From the NCBI GenBank assembly GCA_040881985.1, contig JBBECE010000033.1, positions 4,692-68,691 on the forward strand: DNA of 64,000 bases. The letters are read 5' to 3'. This document shows, piece by piece, positions 28,699 through 38,844 of this stretch (positions are counted from its first letter, which is position 1; each line of letters begins with the position of its first letter). A program made the position numbers and the translations under genes. The notes under the pieces were generated by a model. That model made no database searches. It was not told where the DNA came from and saw nothing but the letters and a program-made list of their open reading frames with translations. This DNA is from Cucumibacter sp. GTDB lineage: Bacteria > Pseudomonadota > Alphaproteobacteria > Rhizobiales > Devosiaceae.

Positions 28699-30231
28699 TC
28701 AGGCCCTAATCGCTGCCAGGACCGAGGCGGCGCGGCCGTAGCACCGGTTGAGCAAGTCGTCCTCGCCGAGGCCAGCAGCATCCACCACCTCTGTGATGGC
28801 TCCTTCACGCATCACCGCGATCCGGTCGCACATGCCGATCAGCTCGGGTAGATCCGAAGACACCAGGATCACTGCCATCCCCTTGGCGGTCATGCCGCGA
28901 ATGATCGAATAGATATCGAACTTGGCGCCGACATCGACCCCGCGCGTCGGCTCATCCAGCAGCAGCACGTCGGGGTTGCCACCCAGCGCCTTGGCGAAGA
29001 CTACCTTTTGCTGATTACCGCCGCTGAGTTCCAAGCAAAGTTGTCCCGGCCCTGCCGAGCGCAGGCGTACATTCTCGCCCATCGCCGTTGCAAACCGTCG
29101 CTCCTTTCGGGGGGTCAGGAATGCGCCGCCCAGACTCAGCCGCTTGAGATGGGCGAGCGTCATGTTCTCGAAAATCGGCCGCGACAGCGCCAACCCTTCG
29201 GACCGGCGCTCACGCGGAACATAGGCGAGGCCGGATGCCCAGGCGCTTGTGGGGCTGCGCGACAAATACGGCCGGTCGCCCAGCCGCATCGTGCCGCCCT
29301 GCAACGGTAACGCGCCGAACAGCGCCCGCAGCAGTTCGCGCTGGCCGGACCCGGGGAGACCGGCAACACCGAGAATCTCACCTTTGCGGATCGACATCGA
29401 CAGCGGCTTCAGTCCTTCGGCGCGCAGGCCCATGACCTCAAGCGCGACCTCGGCCAAAGGCGCCGCAGCCGCGCGAGGATAAGCTTCTTCGACGCGCCGC
29501 CCGATCATCAGGGCGACGAGATCGTCATGAGTGATCTCAGCGATCTTCCCCGTGTCGATGGTCTTGCCATCACGCAAGACTGTCGCCTTGTCGCAAAGCG
29601 TCATCACCTCATCGAGCCGATGCGACACATAAAGCACCGAACCGCCGGTACTGCCAATCTCGCGCAGCACACGGAACAACCGTTCGGATTCCTGGCGGGT
29701 GAGCACGGCTGTCGGTTCATCCATCACATAGAGCCGCGCGACTGCGCCGTCCGCCCCGAGGAAGGCGCTCGAAATGCGCACCAGCATCTGGTCACCCAGC
29801 GACAGCCCGGCCATCTTCCGGCGCGGATCGATATGGGTGATGCCGAGCAGCGACAGCGCCTCGCCTGCCGTCCGGTTGAGCCGCTGCCAGTCGACGAGAA
29901 CGCCGGCGCGCAGCGGGTACCGGCGCCCCATGAAGATGTTCTCGGCGACCGAAAGCGCCGGCACCACGTTGAATTCCTGATGGATGAAACGAAGGCCGAG
30001 CCGGTAGGCGGTGGCAGGACTATCGATGGCTGCCGGCTGGCCGTCGATCATGATCTCGGCCGTATCGGGCGCGACGACACCCGCGAGGACCTTGATCAGC
30101 GTCGATTTGCCTGCGCCATTCTCGCCCACCAGCGCGTGGATCTCCCCCGCTTCAATCGTCAGATTGACGGCGCGCAGCGCTGGGACGCCCGCATAGGACT
30201 TCGAGACATTCTGAAGGGAAATTAGCGTCAT
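28699..30231 (-). CDS. sugar ABC transporter ATP-binding protein (duplicated NBD, RbsA type)
   Basis: 510 aa with two NBDs. First Walker A is GENGAGKSTL. The second-half signature is LSGGNQQK with Walker B LLLDEPTRG. Confidence 0.93.
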   Translation of the reverse strand: MTLISLQNVSKSYAGVPALRAVNLTIEAGEIHALVGENGAGKSTLIKVLAGVVAPDTAEIMIDGQPAAIDSPATAYRLGLRFIHQEFNVVPALSVAENIFMGRRYPLRAGVLVDWQRLNRTAGEALSLLGITHIDPRRKMAGLSLGDQMLVRISSAFLGADGAVARLYVMDEPTAVLTRQESERLFRVLREIGSTGGSVLYVSHRLDEVMTLCDKATVLRDGKTIDTGKIAEITHDDLVALMIGRRVEEAYPRAAAAPLAEVALEVMGLRAEGLKPLSMSIRKGEILGVAGLPGSGQRELLRALFGALPLQGGTMRLGDRPYLSRSPTSAWASGLAYVPRERRSEGLALSRPIFENMTLAHLKRLSLGGAFLTPRKERRFATAMGENVRLRSAGPGQLCLELSGGNQQKVVFAKALGGNPDVLLLDEPTRGVDVGAKFDIYSIIRGMTAKGMAVILVSSDLPELIGMCDRIAVMREGAITEVVDAAGLGEDDLLNRCYGRAASVLAAIRA

Positions 30232-30292
30232 TGGCGGTCGTTACCGGCGGGCACGATCATTGCCCGCCGGCGTTTGCGGCGTCTAGTCCGGT

Positions 30293-31234
30293 CTACTCGA
30301 CTTTGGCATTGGCCGCGGTAACGAGCTTGGTCGGCACGTAAATAACGAGCTGCTTCAGCGTCTCACCGGCCAGGACGCGAGCCACGGCGTCGGCGGTCGC
30401 GGCGCCGATGCCGCTGAAGTCCTGCGCGACCGAGGCTTCAAAATTGCCACCCGCGGCGATCGCGTCGCGCGCCTGCGGATTTGCGTCAATGCCGGTAATG
30501 ACGATGCCTTCGTTCTGGCGACCGGCGGCTTCGATGGCCTGAAGCGCCCCCAGCGCCGGCTGGTCCCACGCGGCCCACACCGCCCTAATGCTGCCCGGCT
30601 CGGGATTCGCCGCGAGGATCGCTTCCATCTTGGCGCGGGAATCGGCGATGCCGCCATCGGCAACGTCCGGAGTCACGCGATCGAGGATATTGATGTCGGG
30701 GTAGTTGCCAAACACCGCGCCGGCGACGACGCCGCGCGCCTGGACGGGCGGGAAGGCGTCGAATACGAACATCACGATGTTGCCAGCGCCGCCGATGCGG
30801 TCGGCGACATAAGTCGAGGTCTCGGCGGCCATGGCATAGCCGTTGCTGGTCACGTTGGTCGCGAGCAGCGGATTGCTTCCGGCGTCCATTCCGAACACCG
30901 GGATGCCGGCGTCCTTGGCCGCCTGAAGTCCTGCCGTCACCTGCGCCGGATCGACATTGATGACGATGGCGTCGACCTTCTGCGTCACCATGTCCTCGAT
31001 GCGGCTGATCACCGCCGCCACGTCGCCGGCGGTATCGATCACGTTGACCTCCCATCCCTTCTCATTGGCAACCTCCTGGAAAGCCTCGACGTAGAACTGC
31101 GTTCCGGGCTGGGCGAGATAGGGGGTGATGACGGCAATCCTGGATTGGGCGAGAGCGGTTCCGGCAAGTGACGCGACGGCGAGGGCCGTCGCCGCGAAGA
31201 TCAGGCCGTGGAATGTGGTCTTGTTGGCGAGCAT
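30293..31234 (-). CDS. sugar ABC transporter periplasmic binding protein (RbsB-like)
   Basis: ORF 30293..31258, with the start moved to ATG 31234 (MLANKTTFHGLIFAATALAVASLAGTALAQ signal peptide). Periplasmic-binding-protein type I fold pattern. Confidence 0.9.
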   Translation of the reverse strand: MLANKTTFHGLIFAATALAVASLAGTALAQSRIAVITPYLAQPGTQFYVEAFQEVANEKGWEVNVIDTAGDVAAVISRIEDMVTQKVDAIVINVDPAQVTAGLQAAKDAGIPVFGMDAGSNPLLATNVTSNGYAMAAETSTYVADRIGGAGNIVMFVFDAFPPVQARGVVAGAVFGNYPDINILDRVTPDVADGGIADSRAKMEAILAANPEPGSIRAVWAAWDQPALGALQAIEAAGRQNEGIVITGIDANPQARDAIAAGGNFEASVAQDFSGIGAATADAVARVLAGETLKQLVIYVPTKLVTAANAKVE

Positions 31235-31377
31235 TCTGGTTCGTCTCCTTGTGCGCAAAAGGGCGCGGCACTCCCGCTCACCGCCGGCTTAGCCGCGCCG
31301 ACGGTTGTTTTCCTTTCGCTTCAAGGCACCATAGGCGACAATAGGAAAGGCGGCTACGGGCATTCGAGGGGGATGGC

Positions 31378-32853
31378 TTGGCCAAAACCACCTTGATCGG
31401 CATCGATGTAGGGACGACGGCGATCAAGGCCATCCTGATCGACAGGGCAGGCAATCGCCTTGCCGGTTATTCTCGGTCCTATCCGATCAGCCGGCCCCGG
31501 CCGGGCTATGCCGAACAGTCCCCCGATGACTGGATGGACGGCGTACTGGCGGCGCTAGCAGACTTTCGCCGCTATCACGACCTATCCGGCCTCCGCGGCA
31601 TCGGCATCTGCTCGCAGGTCAACACCCATGTGTTCGTAGGTGCGAACGGCGCGCCGCTGCTGCCGGCGATCGTCTGGCAAGACGGCCGCTCTGACGAGGA
31701 CGCGGCACGCCTCGATGCCCTTGTTACCCCTCAGCAAAAGCTCGCCTGGTTCGGTGGGCCGATGCCGATCGACGCCAGCCACGCCTTGGCGCGCTTGTCC
31801 CATGTTGAGCGACTTCACCCCGGGATCTACGCGCAAACGGCCCATGTCCTGCTGCCCAAAGATTATTGCGTGATGAAACTGACCGGCGCTGTAGCTTCCG
31901 ATCCCATCGCTGCGGTCGGCCTCGTCGACCGGTCACTCAACTACGTCAACGAGTTGCTGGATCTCGTACCCGGTGCGCGGCGGAAACTGCCACCGTTGTT
32001 CGAGTTCACACATGTCGCCGGGAAAATCTCGGATGGTCTGCCCTGCGCCGGCACCCCGGTCGTGGTCGGCGCCATGGATGCCTGGGCGGGCATGTTCGGC
32101 GTTGGCGTCGCGAAAGACGGCGACGCGATGTATCAGAGCGGCACCAGCGAGATACCGGGAATCATCTCGCCCACGATACATCCGACGCCAGGGGTCATCC
32201 TCTTTCCGCCGTACAAGGGGATCACGGTGCACGCGGCGCCGACGCAATCGGGTGGCGCAGCGTTGAGCTGGCTGGGCGGCGTTCTTGGCCGCGCACCGGC
32301 CGATTTGGGGGCACTCGCCGAAACTGTGCCGCCAAGCTCAAGCGTGCCGCTGTTCCTCCCGCACCTGCAAGGAGAACGCGCGCCCCTCTGGGACAGTGCC
32401 TCCCGCGGCGCCTTCGCCCGGATCGATGCGCGGGCCGGCGCCGGCGAAATGGTCCGCAGCGTCATGGAAGGCGTGGCGTTCTCGGTTCGGCTGGCGTTCG
32501 ACGCGCTGGAAAGCTCGTCAGGTGTGAAAGTCGGAACGGCGAATATCGGCGGCGGCGGATCTCGTTCGGACCTCTGGTGCCAGATCCGGGCCGATGCTCT
32601 TGCCAAGACCTTGCGGCGCACCGCCGGCCCGGATTCCGCCGCGATCGGCGCGGCCCTCCTCGCCGGGCTCGGAACCGGCGAATGGCCGTCCCTGAACGAG
32701 GCGGTGGAGCAGATTGTGAAGTTCGACCGGAGCTTCGAGCCCAGCCAAGTGCGTCGCGCCTACTACGATGAGAAGTATGGCAAGTTCCAGGAGCTCTATG
32801 CTGCCCTTAGACCTTTCAATCGGGCCTACGACAGTGGGGACGCCTCACCGTAG
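31378..32853 (+). CDS. FGGY-family carbohydrate kinase (xylulokinase-like)
   Basis: TTG 31378 follows GAGGGGG. The N-terminus AKTTLIGIDVGTTAIKAILID is the FGGY phosphate-1 motif. The C-terminal block is GGGSRSDLWCQIRADAL. Confidence 0.9.
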   Translation: MAKTTLIGIDVGTTAIKAILIDRAGNRLAGYSRSYPISRPRPGYAEQSPDDWMDGVLAALADFRRYHDLSGLRGIGICSQVNTHVFVGANGAPLLPAIVWQDGRSDEDAARLDALVTPQQKLAWFGGPMPIDASHALARLSHVERLHPGIYAQTAHVLLPKDYCVMKLTGAVASDPIAAVGLVDRSLNYVNELLDLVPGARRKLPPLFEFTHVAGKISDGLPCAGTPVVVGAMDAWAGMFGVGVAKDGDAMYQSGTSEIPGIISPTIHPTPGVILFPPYKGITVHAAPTQSGGAALSWLGGVLGRAPADLGALAETVPPSSSVPLFLPHLQGERAPLWDSASRGAFARIDARAGAGEMVRSVMEGVAFSVRLAFDALESSSGVKVGTANIGGGGSRSDLWCQIRADALAKTLRRTAGPDSAAIGAALLAGLGTGEWPSLNEAVEQIVKFDRSFEPSQVRRAYYDEKYGKFQELYAALRPFNRAYDSGDASP

Positions 32854-33123
32854 GGCTCGCCGCGATCTGGATGACGATGCCCCGCGGCGCTAGCAAAAAG
32901 AGAAGTTGGTTGGCTGTCGTTTGCAAAGCTGTGGCGAATGGGAAGCGAACCACGAAAATCGGGGTTTGGGAAACTCCGCGTAGCGGGTCCGTGAACGGGC
33001 GAAACACCGTTCTCAGTTGTCGATGGTTCGGGCCGCCGGTTGACCTAAGTCCCGGGAAAGTCCCAAGAAACCAGCACCGCCGATTTTATCAGAAAAATCA
33101 GCAGACTAGGTGGCCGACCGTAG

Positions 33124-33432
33124 TTGATTCGAACTCGCCGTACGGTGATTGTCCGTGACGTGTACCCCAAAGGCCTGCACGCCCGCCTTCGTGGTACGTC
33201 AGACGGCATCGAGGAACTCATCCCGACGCGCGAGTTCGGCCAGATCGTCGATCCGGACGACAACGCAGCGATCGACGCGGCTGCAGTTGAAACGCCGCAA
33301 GAAACTGAAGCCGATGCTGAAGCCCGGCGCGCCCGCAGCCGCGCCTTCGCCGAAACTACGCTGTCGACCGAAGCGGGCATGCGCCGTCATGTTGAGGTAT
33401 GGCAGCAGGCGCTCCGCGGCCCCGCTCAGTAA
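33124..33432 (+). CDS. hypothetical small protein (possible S1/OB-like N-terminus, acidic tail); doubtful
   Basis: 102-aa ORF with a TTG start in a lower-GC intergenic island. The segment TVIVRDVYPKGLHARLRGTSDGIEELIPTREFG loosely fits an S1-type pattern. Its first 13 nt after the TTG equal the left end of the 371-bp repeat. Confidence 0.25.
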   Translation: MIRTRRTVIVRDVYPKGLHARLRGTSDGIEELIPTREFGQIVDPDDNAAIDAAAVETPQETEADAEARRARSRAFAETTLSTEAGMRRHVEVWQQALRGPAQ

Positions 33433-34178
33433 GTCGCGCGGCCGCCCGAAAGATCGAACACCGCACCGGTGGTGAAAGAGTTCTCGGCCGTGGCGAGCCA
33501 GCAGATCATCGACGCCGCCTCATTGAGCTCCAACATGCGGCCGCGCGGGATCTTGCCGAGGATCATCTTGATGAATTCGGGGTCCTGGCTCATGGCCATG
33601 GCGGTCTTTGCAACGGCCGGGGTGACGGCATTGACCGCGATGTCGTATTTCGCCAACTCCTTGCCGAGCGATTTGGTGAGCGCAATCACGCCCGCCTTGG
33701 TCGCGGAATAGGCTGGTGCGCCCGGATTGCCTTCCTTGCCCGCGATCGAGGCGAGGTTCACGATGCGCCCGTAATTGTTTGCGATCATGTGGGGGACAAT
33801 TGTCCGGCAGCAGAAGAACGTACCGACAAGCCCGACATGGACAACGTCGATGAACGCCTGCGGCGGATACTCCCAGGTATTGGCGTTCGGCCCGACGATC
33901 GCCGCGTTGTTGACCAGAACGTCGATCTTTCCGAACCGGTCGAGTGCCGCCTTGGCCGCCGCCTCCACCGACTCGAGCTTGCCGATATCGACGTGAAGGG
34001 CCTGCACCTTGCCGGCGGAGCCGTATTTCGAGGTCAATCCGTCGAGCAGTTTCTGATCGCGGTCCCAGATCGAAACCAACGCGCCGCTGTCGAGCATCCG
34101 CTCGGCCACGGTGAGCCCGATGCCCCGCCCTCCTCCAGTGACGATGGCGACGCGGTTGCCGAGGTCGTAGCTGTTCAT
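33426..34178 (-). CDS. SDR family oxidoreductase (candidate sugar 1-dehydrogenase or 2-keto-3-deoxy-sugar-acid 4-dehydrogenase)
   Basis: 250 aa with TGGGRGIG, NNAA and YSATKAG (YxxxK) motifs. Confidence 0.92.
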   Translation of the reverse strand: MNSYDLGNRVAIVTGGGRGIGLTVAERMLDSGALVSIWDRDQKLLDGLTSKYGSAGKVQALHVDIGKLESVEAAAKAALDRFGKIDVLVNNAAIVGPNANTWEYPPQAFIDVVHVGLVGTFFCCRTIVPHMIANNYGRIVNLASIAGKEGNPGAPAYSATKAGVIALTKSLGKELAKYDIAVNAVTPAVAKTAMAMSQDPEFIKMILGKIPRGRMLELNEAASMICWLATAENSFTTGAVFDLSGGRATY

Positions 34179-34254
34179 TGCGGGCAGTCCGATTGCACGA
34201 AACGAGGGGACGCCGGTTGGGATCGGCGCCCCCTCATTGCTGAGGTGACTTCGC

Positions 34255-35250
34255 CTAGAAGGTGAAGTCGTCGATATTCGACGCGTCGAACGTGGTCAGT
34301 TCCGACTGCGTATTGATCGAGTTGTTCGGGTTGATTGTTCTCGTCCCGAGGTTCGGAACGTCGAAGGTCGCTCCGACTTCGTTCGTGATCGTGCCGTTCT
34401 TGACGCCAACGGCGAAGTGAGCCGCCAACCAGCCCTCGTTATACGGGCTCCAGAGCTGGAACGCCGTGACCGTGCCGTCCTTGATGAAGTCGCGCATTTC
34501 GCTCGGCAGGCCGAGGCCGGTGACCTTGACCGTATCGGCAATGCCGCGGCTCTGCACAACCTGTGCAGCGGCTGCGATACCGACGGTGGTCGGGGCAATT
34601 ACGCCCTTGAGGTTCGGGAAGTTGGAAAGGAGCGCTTCCATCTCGGTAGTCGACTTTTCGGGCTGGTCATCGCCATAAACCGTCGCGACGAGCGTCATGT
34701 TGGCGTACTTCGAATCGTTCGCCAGCGTTTCGTTCATGCCGACGATCCACTTGTTCTGGTCGGGGGCTTCGGTGGTCGCCGACAGGATGGCGATTTCACC
34801 TTCATAGCCGATGAGGGAGCCAACCATCTCGACCTGGTCGTGACCGACAGCGTCGAAATTAGTGGGCAGGATGGTCGCGTCACGATGGCTTTCGTTGCCG
34901 GTGAGGTCGCCATTGACCGTCAGCACGAGAATGCCCTTTGCGCGGGCCTCATCGAGCACCTGGTTGAGGGCATCCGGGCTGTTGGGCGAGGTAGCGATCA
35001 CGTCAACGCCGCGCTGGATCTGGGCGGAGATGAACGGGATCTGCGAGGTCGCTTCGGCGGTCGCGGGGGCCACGAACTCAAATTCGCAGCCGATGCTGGC
35101 GCAAGCATCGACGAACCCCTGCACCAGGCCGTCGAAGTACGGGTTGCCGGTGTTCTTTCCGACGAAGACGATCTGGATCGGGTCCTGCGCCATGGCCACC
35201 GTGGTCATGCCGAGGCCCAGCGCCAGGGCGAGTAGGGATTTCTTGAGCAC
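34255..35250 (-). CDS. rhamnose-type (RhaS-like) ABC transporter substrate-binding protein
   Basis: 331 aa with signal peptide MLKKSLLALALGLGMTTVAMAQ. It has a type I PBP fold and resembles rhizobial RhaS-type binding proteins. It lies upstream of two permeases and a double-NBD ATPase. Confidence 0.85.
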   Translation of the reverse strand: MLKKSLLALALGLGMTTVAMAQDPIQIVFVGKNTGNPYFDGLVQGFVDACASIGCEFEFVAPATAEATSQIPFISAQIQRGVDVIATSPNSPDALNQVLDEARAKGILVLTVNGDLTGNESHRDATILPTNFDAVGHDQVEMVGSLIGYEGEIAILSATTEAPDQNKWIVGMNETLANDSKYANMTLVATVYGDDQPEKSTTEMEALLSNFPNLKGVIAPTTVGIAAAAQVVQSRGIADTVKVTGLGLPSEMRDFIKDGTVTAFQLWSPYNEGWLAAHFAVGVKNGTITNEVGATFDVPNLGTRTINPNNSINTQSELTTFDASNIDDFTF

Positions 35251-35306
35251 TTTGTTCCTCCTTGTTGACAGTCGTTATTGCCGGATTTCATCCGGGTGGT
35301 CGCCCG

Positions 35307-36308
35307 CTACCTTTGGGTGCGGGAATAGATCGCGTTGGTCGCGATGATGGAAACGATGAGCAGAATGCCCAGAACAGTCAGTTGCGTGGCGGGAAGCAGA
35401 TTGGCGACGGTCATGCCGGTGGCGATGATCACCAGCAGCCAGGCCGCCAGAAAGGTTCCCAGAATGGTTCCACGACCACCGAAGATGTAGGTGCCGCCGA
35501 GCATGGCCATCAGCACCATCTGCAACTCGCCGCCCAGGCCCAAATCGTAACGGACCGAGCCCAGCCGCGACGTGAAGATCAGGCCGGCGATCGAGCTGGC
35601 CAGTCCCATCATCACGAACAGCGTCATCTTGATGGCCTTCGTGCGGATGCCGGCATGGCGCGCCGCCACCGCATTGGTGCCGATTTGATAGATCTGCCGG
35701 CCATAGATCGTCGTGCCCAGCACGAGGCCAAGGACGAGCGAGGCGACGAGGAAGAGTATGACCGGCGCGGGCAGCCCCGCGATCAAAACTTTGTCGATGC
35801 CGACATACCATTCCGGCAACCGGATCGACTTGTCGCCTGCGATCACCTGCGCAATGCCGCGATAAAGGGTCAGTGTACCGATGGTGACGATGATGGAGGG
35901 CAGTTGCAGGCCTATCACCAGCAGCCCGTTCAAAATCCCCATCACCAGTCCGGAACCAATCCCGATGCCAATCGACAGCCACATCGGAACGCCGCTCTGG
36001 TAGGCAAGAGCAAAGAGGCAAGCCGAAAGCGCCATCGCCGAAGCCGGCGACAGATCGATCTCCCCGGAGATGATCACCATGGTCAAAACCAGTGCGATAA
36101 TCGCAAACTCGGCGCTTAGCGTGAAGCTTTGGAGGATATAGGTGACGTCGAGGAAATACGGCGACAGCAGGCTCGCTGCAATGAGGGCGATGATCAACAG
36201 GGCAAGTGTCATCGTCTCCGGCCGGATCAGGATCACTTGCCAGGTCGGGCGCGGCCTTGCCGCATCGAGGGCACTGACGGCAGTCGGATTTTGTCCGGTG
36301 GTGGTCAT
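35307..36308 (-). CDS. sugar ABC transporter permease (RbsC family; RhaQ-like)
   Basis: 333-aa polytopic protein that overlaps the upstream permease by 4 nt. Confidence 0.9.
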   Translation of the reverse strand: MTTTGQNPTAVSALDAARPRPTWQVILIRPETMTLALLIIALIAASLLSPYFLDVTYILQSFTLSAEFAIIALVLTMVIISGEIDLSPASAMALSACLFALAYQSGVPMWLSIGIGIGSGLVMGILNGLLVIGLQLPSIIVTIGTLTLYRGIAQVIAGDKSIRLPEWYVGIDKVLIAGLPAPVILFLVASLVLGLVLGTTIYGRQIYQIGTNAVAARHAGIRTKAIKMTLFVMMGLASSIAGLIFTSRLGSVRYDLGLGGELQMVLMAMLGGTYIFGGRGTILGTFLAAWLLVIIATGMTVANLLPATQLTVLGILLIVSIIATNAIYSRTQR

Positions 36309-37300
36309 GCGCGGGCTTTCTGGGCGGCGAGGGCAGCGATTCCGCGTTGCCGCACCGATCGGTCGATCAGCAGGGCGATGATGATCACCGCGCCGTAGAT
36401 GGCATTCTGCGTGGTCCCCGGAACGCCGAGCAGCGGCAAGGCGGCGCTGACGCAGCCGAGCAGCAAAACGCCGAGGACAGTGCCCAGCACCGTTCCGACG
36501 CCGCCATTGATCGACACGCCGCCAATCACCACGGCGGCGATCACCTGAAACTCAAATCCGGTGCCGGTGTTGGAGGGATTCACAAAACCCCAGCGGCTTG
36601 CATACAGGATGCCCGCAAGGCCCGACAATGCCCCCGAGATCGTGAACACCATGAGGGTGACCGAGTTGACGCGGATACCGCGCAGGGGCGCCGCGACGGG
36701 ATTGGAGCCAAGCGCATAGATCTGCCTGCCCACGCGAGTGTGCATGGTGAACAGATAGGTGGCGAGCGCCACACCGAACGCCAGAAAGATGATCCAGGGA
36801 ATACCGAAGATCGGCGAAGTCTGCGACAGCGCCTTCAGCTCCGAAGGAATGTACTGCCGGTCGATCTGGCGCGCATTCGAGACGATGAACGTCAGGCCGC
36901 GATAGAGGCTTAGCGTACCCAGCGTCACGATGATCGCGGGTAGCCGGAAGACCGTTATCAGCAGCCCGTTGATCAGTCCGAGTCCGGAACCGATCCCGAC
37001 GGAAACGAAGAAGCCCGTCCACCATGGCACCTCTGGATAGTAGCGGTACATCATGCCGCTCACGATCGCCGAAAAGCCCAGCATCGACCCGATGCTCAGA
37101 TCGACGTGACGGGCAACGATAACCAGCATCTGGGCCATTGCCCCGATCATGATCAGCGGAACAAGCAGCAAGATGATGCGCAGCTCGTCAAGCGTCAGAA
37201 AGCGCGGCCGCATCAGGCCGACGACCGCGCAGAACAACACGATCATCACGAAGATGCCCGCCTCGCGGCGCTGCAACAGGAAATCGTAGACCCGCCTCAT
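36305..37300 (-). CDS. sugar ABC transporter permease (RbsC family; RhaP-like)
   Basis: 331-aa polytopic protein that overlaps the ATPase gene by 4 nt. Confidence 0.9.
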   Translation of the reverse strand: MRRVYDFLLQRREAGIFVMIVLFCAVVGLMRPRFLTLDELRIILLLVPLIMIGAMAQMLVIVARHVDLSIGSMLGFSAIVSGMMYRYYPEVPWWTGFFVSVGIGSGLGLINGLLITVFRLPAIIVTLGTLSLYRGLTFIVSNARQIDRQYIPSELKALSQTSPIFGIPWIIFLAFGVALATYLFTMHTRVGRQIYALGSNPVAAPLRGIRVNSVTLMVFTISGALSGLAGILYASRWGFVNPSNTGTGFEFQVIAAVVIGGVSINGGVGTVLGTVLGVLLLGCVSAALPLLGVPGTTQNAIYGAVIIIALLIDRSVRQRGIAALAAQKARA

Positions 37301-38838
37301 GCCGCCACCGCCTTCTCGCCGCTTTGCGGCACGGCCGCGTGCATAATGCTTTCCTGCGACGCTTCGGCGCGACTGAGGTTGGCCGTCAGCCGGCCTTCCG
37401 ACATCACCAGCACCCGGTCGCAGAGCGCCAGCAGCTCCGGCAGTTCCGATGAGATCAGCAGGATCGCCCGCCCGGCAGCCGCCAGTTCGCCGATCATTTC
37501 GTAGAATTCCGCCTTCACCCCGATATCGATGCCGCGCGTTGGCTCATCCAGAATGAGTACGCTCGGATTGGTCAGCATCCAGCGCGCAAGAATGGTCTTC
37601 TGCTGGTTGCCGCCGGACAGTTCGCCGATCGGCTGGCGCAGCGAAGCGAGCCGGATGCGGAGCTTTTTCACCGAGTCCGTAGCAAGTGCCGTTTCGAGTG
37701 CCCGGCGGATGACGCCGCCGGGCGCGATCTGTCTGGGGATCGCGGCGGTGATATTCTGTTCCACCGCCAGCGAGCGGAAGATGCCCGCCGTCGCCCGGTC
37801 TTCCGGAACGAACGAGAGGCCGAGCGCGATCGCCTGCGACGGCTCGTTGATGACCACCGCCTTGCCATTGACCACCACGCTGCCGCTCACCGCCGGAGCC
37901 ACGCCGAACAGGGCTCGCGCCACATCGCTGCGTCCGGCGCCCACCAAGCCCCCAAGCCCGACGATCTCACCCTTGCGCACCTCAAAACTGACATCGGCGA
38001 AGTAGCCGGGAAGCGTGAGATGTTCGACCCTGAGGGCGATCTCGCCAATGGCGGCACCCATCTTGTGCATGTATTCCTTCAGCGGCCGGCCGATCATCAG
38101 CCGGATGATGTCGACATCGCTGAGGTCGGCGATGTTCTCGGTCGCGATCTTGTTGCCGTCGCGGAAGATGGTGACCCGGTCGCACAGCACCCGCACTTCC
38201 TCGAGCCGGTGAGTGATGAAGACAATGGTGCGGCCCTCGTCGCGCAGGCGCTTGGCGATGGCGAAAAGCGTCGCCACTTCCTTGGGGGTCAACGGCGCCG
38301 TGGGCTCGTCCATGATGATGAGGCGGCTGTCAGACGCCAGCGCTCGCGCGATCTCGACCATCTGCTGGTCAGCTATCGACAGCCCCCGCATCGGCCTGGT
38401 GACGTCGATCTTGACGCCCAGCAGGTCCATCAGCCGGTTGGCGTCGCGGGTCATCTGCGCCCACGGCACAAGGTCGAGTGGCCCGCCGCCGGTGCGGCCC
38501 AGAACGAGATTCTCGGCCACCGATAGATCCGGGAACGAAATCGGCTCCTGGTGAATCAGCGTAATGCCTCGCCGCTGCGCCACAATCGGGTCCGGGATTT
38601 CGACGGGTACACCGTTAAGCACCAGCGTGCCACGCGACGGCCGGTGCACGCCGGCCAATATTTTGGCAAACGTCGATTTGCCGGCGCCGTTTTCTCCCAC
38701 CAGCGCATGAATTTCACCCGGCATGAGATCGAGATCGACATCGCGCAGCACCTCGATGGTGGCGAAATTCTTCGAGATTCCACGCGCCGAGATCAGAGGC
38801 TGGGTAACGTCGGTGATCGGAACGTCGGGCATCGGCAA
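37297..38838 (-). CDS. sugar ABC transporter ATP-binding protein (duplicated NBD; RhaT-like)
   Basis: 513 aa with Walker A GENGAGKSTF, signature LSGGNQQK and Walker B LILDEPTRG. Confidence 0.93.
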   Translation of the reverse strand: MPMPDVPITDVTQPLISARGISKNFATIEVLRDVDLDLMPGEIHALVGENGAGKSTFAKILAGVHRPSRGTLVLNGVPVEIPDPIVAQRRGITLIHQEPISFPDLSVAENLVLGRTGGGPLDLVPWAQMTRDANRLMDLLGVKIDVTRPMRGLSIADQQMVEIARALASDSRLIIMDEPTAPLTPKEVATLFAIAKRLRDEGRTIVFITHRLEEVRVLCDRVTIFRDGNKIATENIADLSDVDIIRLMIGRPLKEYMHKMGAAIGEIALRVEHLTLPGYFADVSFEVRKGEIVGLGGLVGAGRSDVARALFGVAPAVSGSVVVNGKAVVINEPSQAIALGLSFVPEDRATAGIFRSLAVEQNITAAIPRQIAPGGVIRRALETALATDSVKKLRIRLASLRQPIGELSGGNQQKTILARWMLTNPSVLILDEPTRGIDIGVKAEFYEMIGELAAAGRAILLISSELPELLALCDRVLVMSEGRLTANLSRAEASQESIMHAAVPQSGEKAVAA

Positions 38839-38844
38839 TCCGCC

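Noticed and set aside
32871-33158. 95-aa ORF in the kinase-SDR intergenic island
   Set aside because: It has basic low-complexity sequence, poor codon bias and no SD. The region is better described as non-coding.
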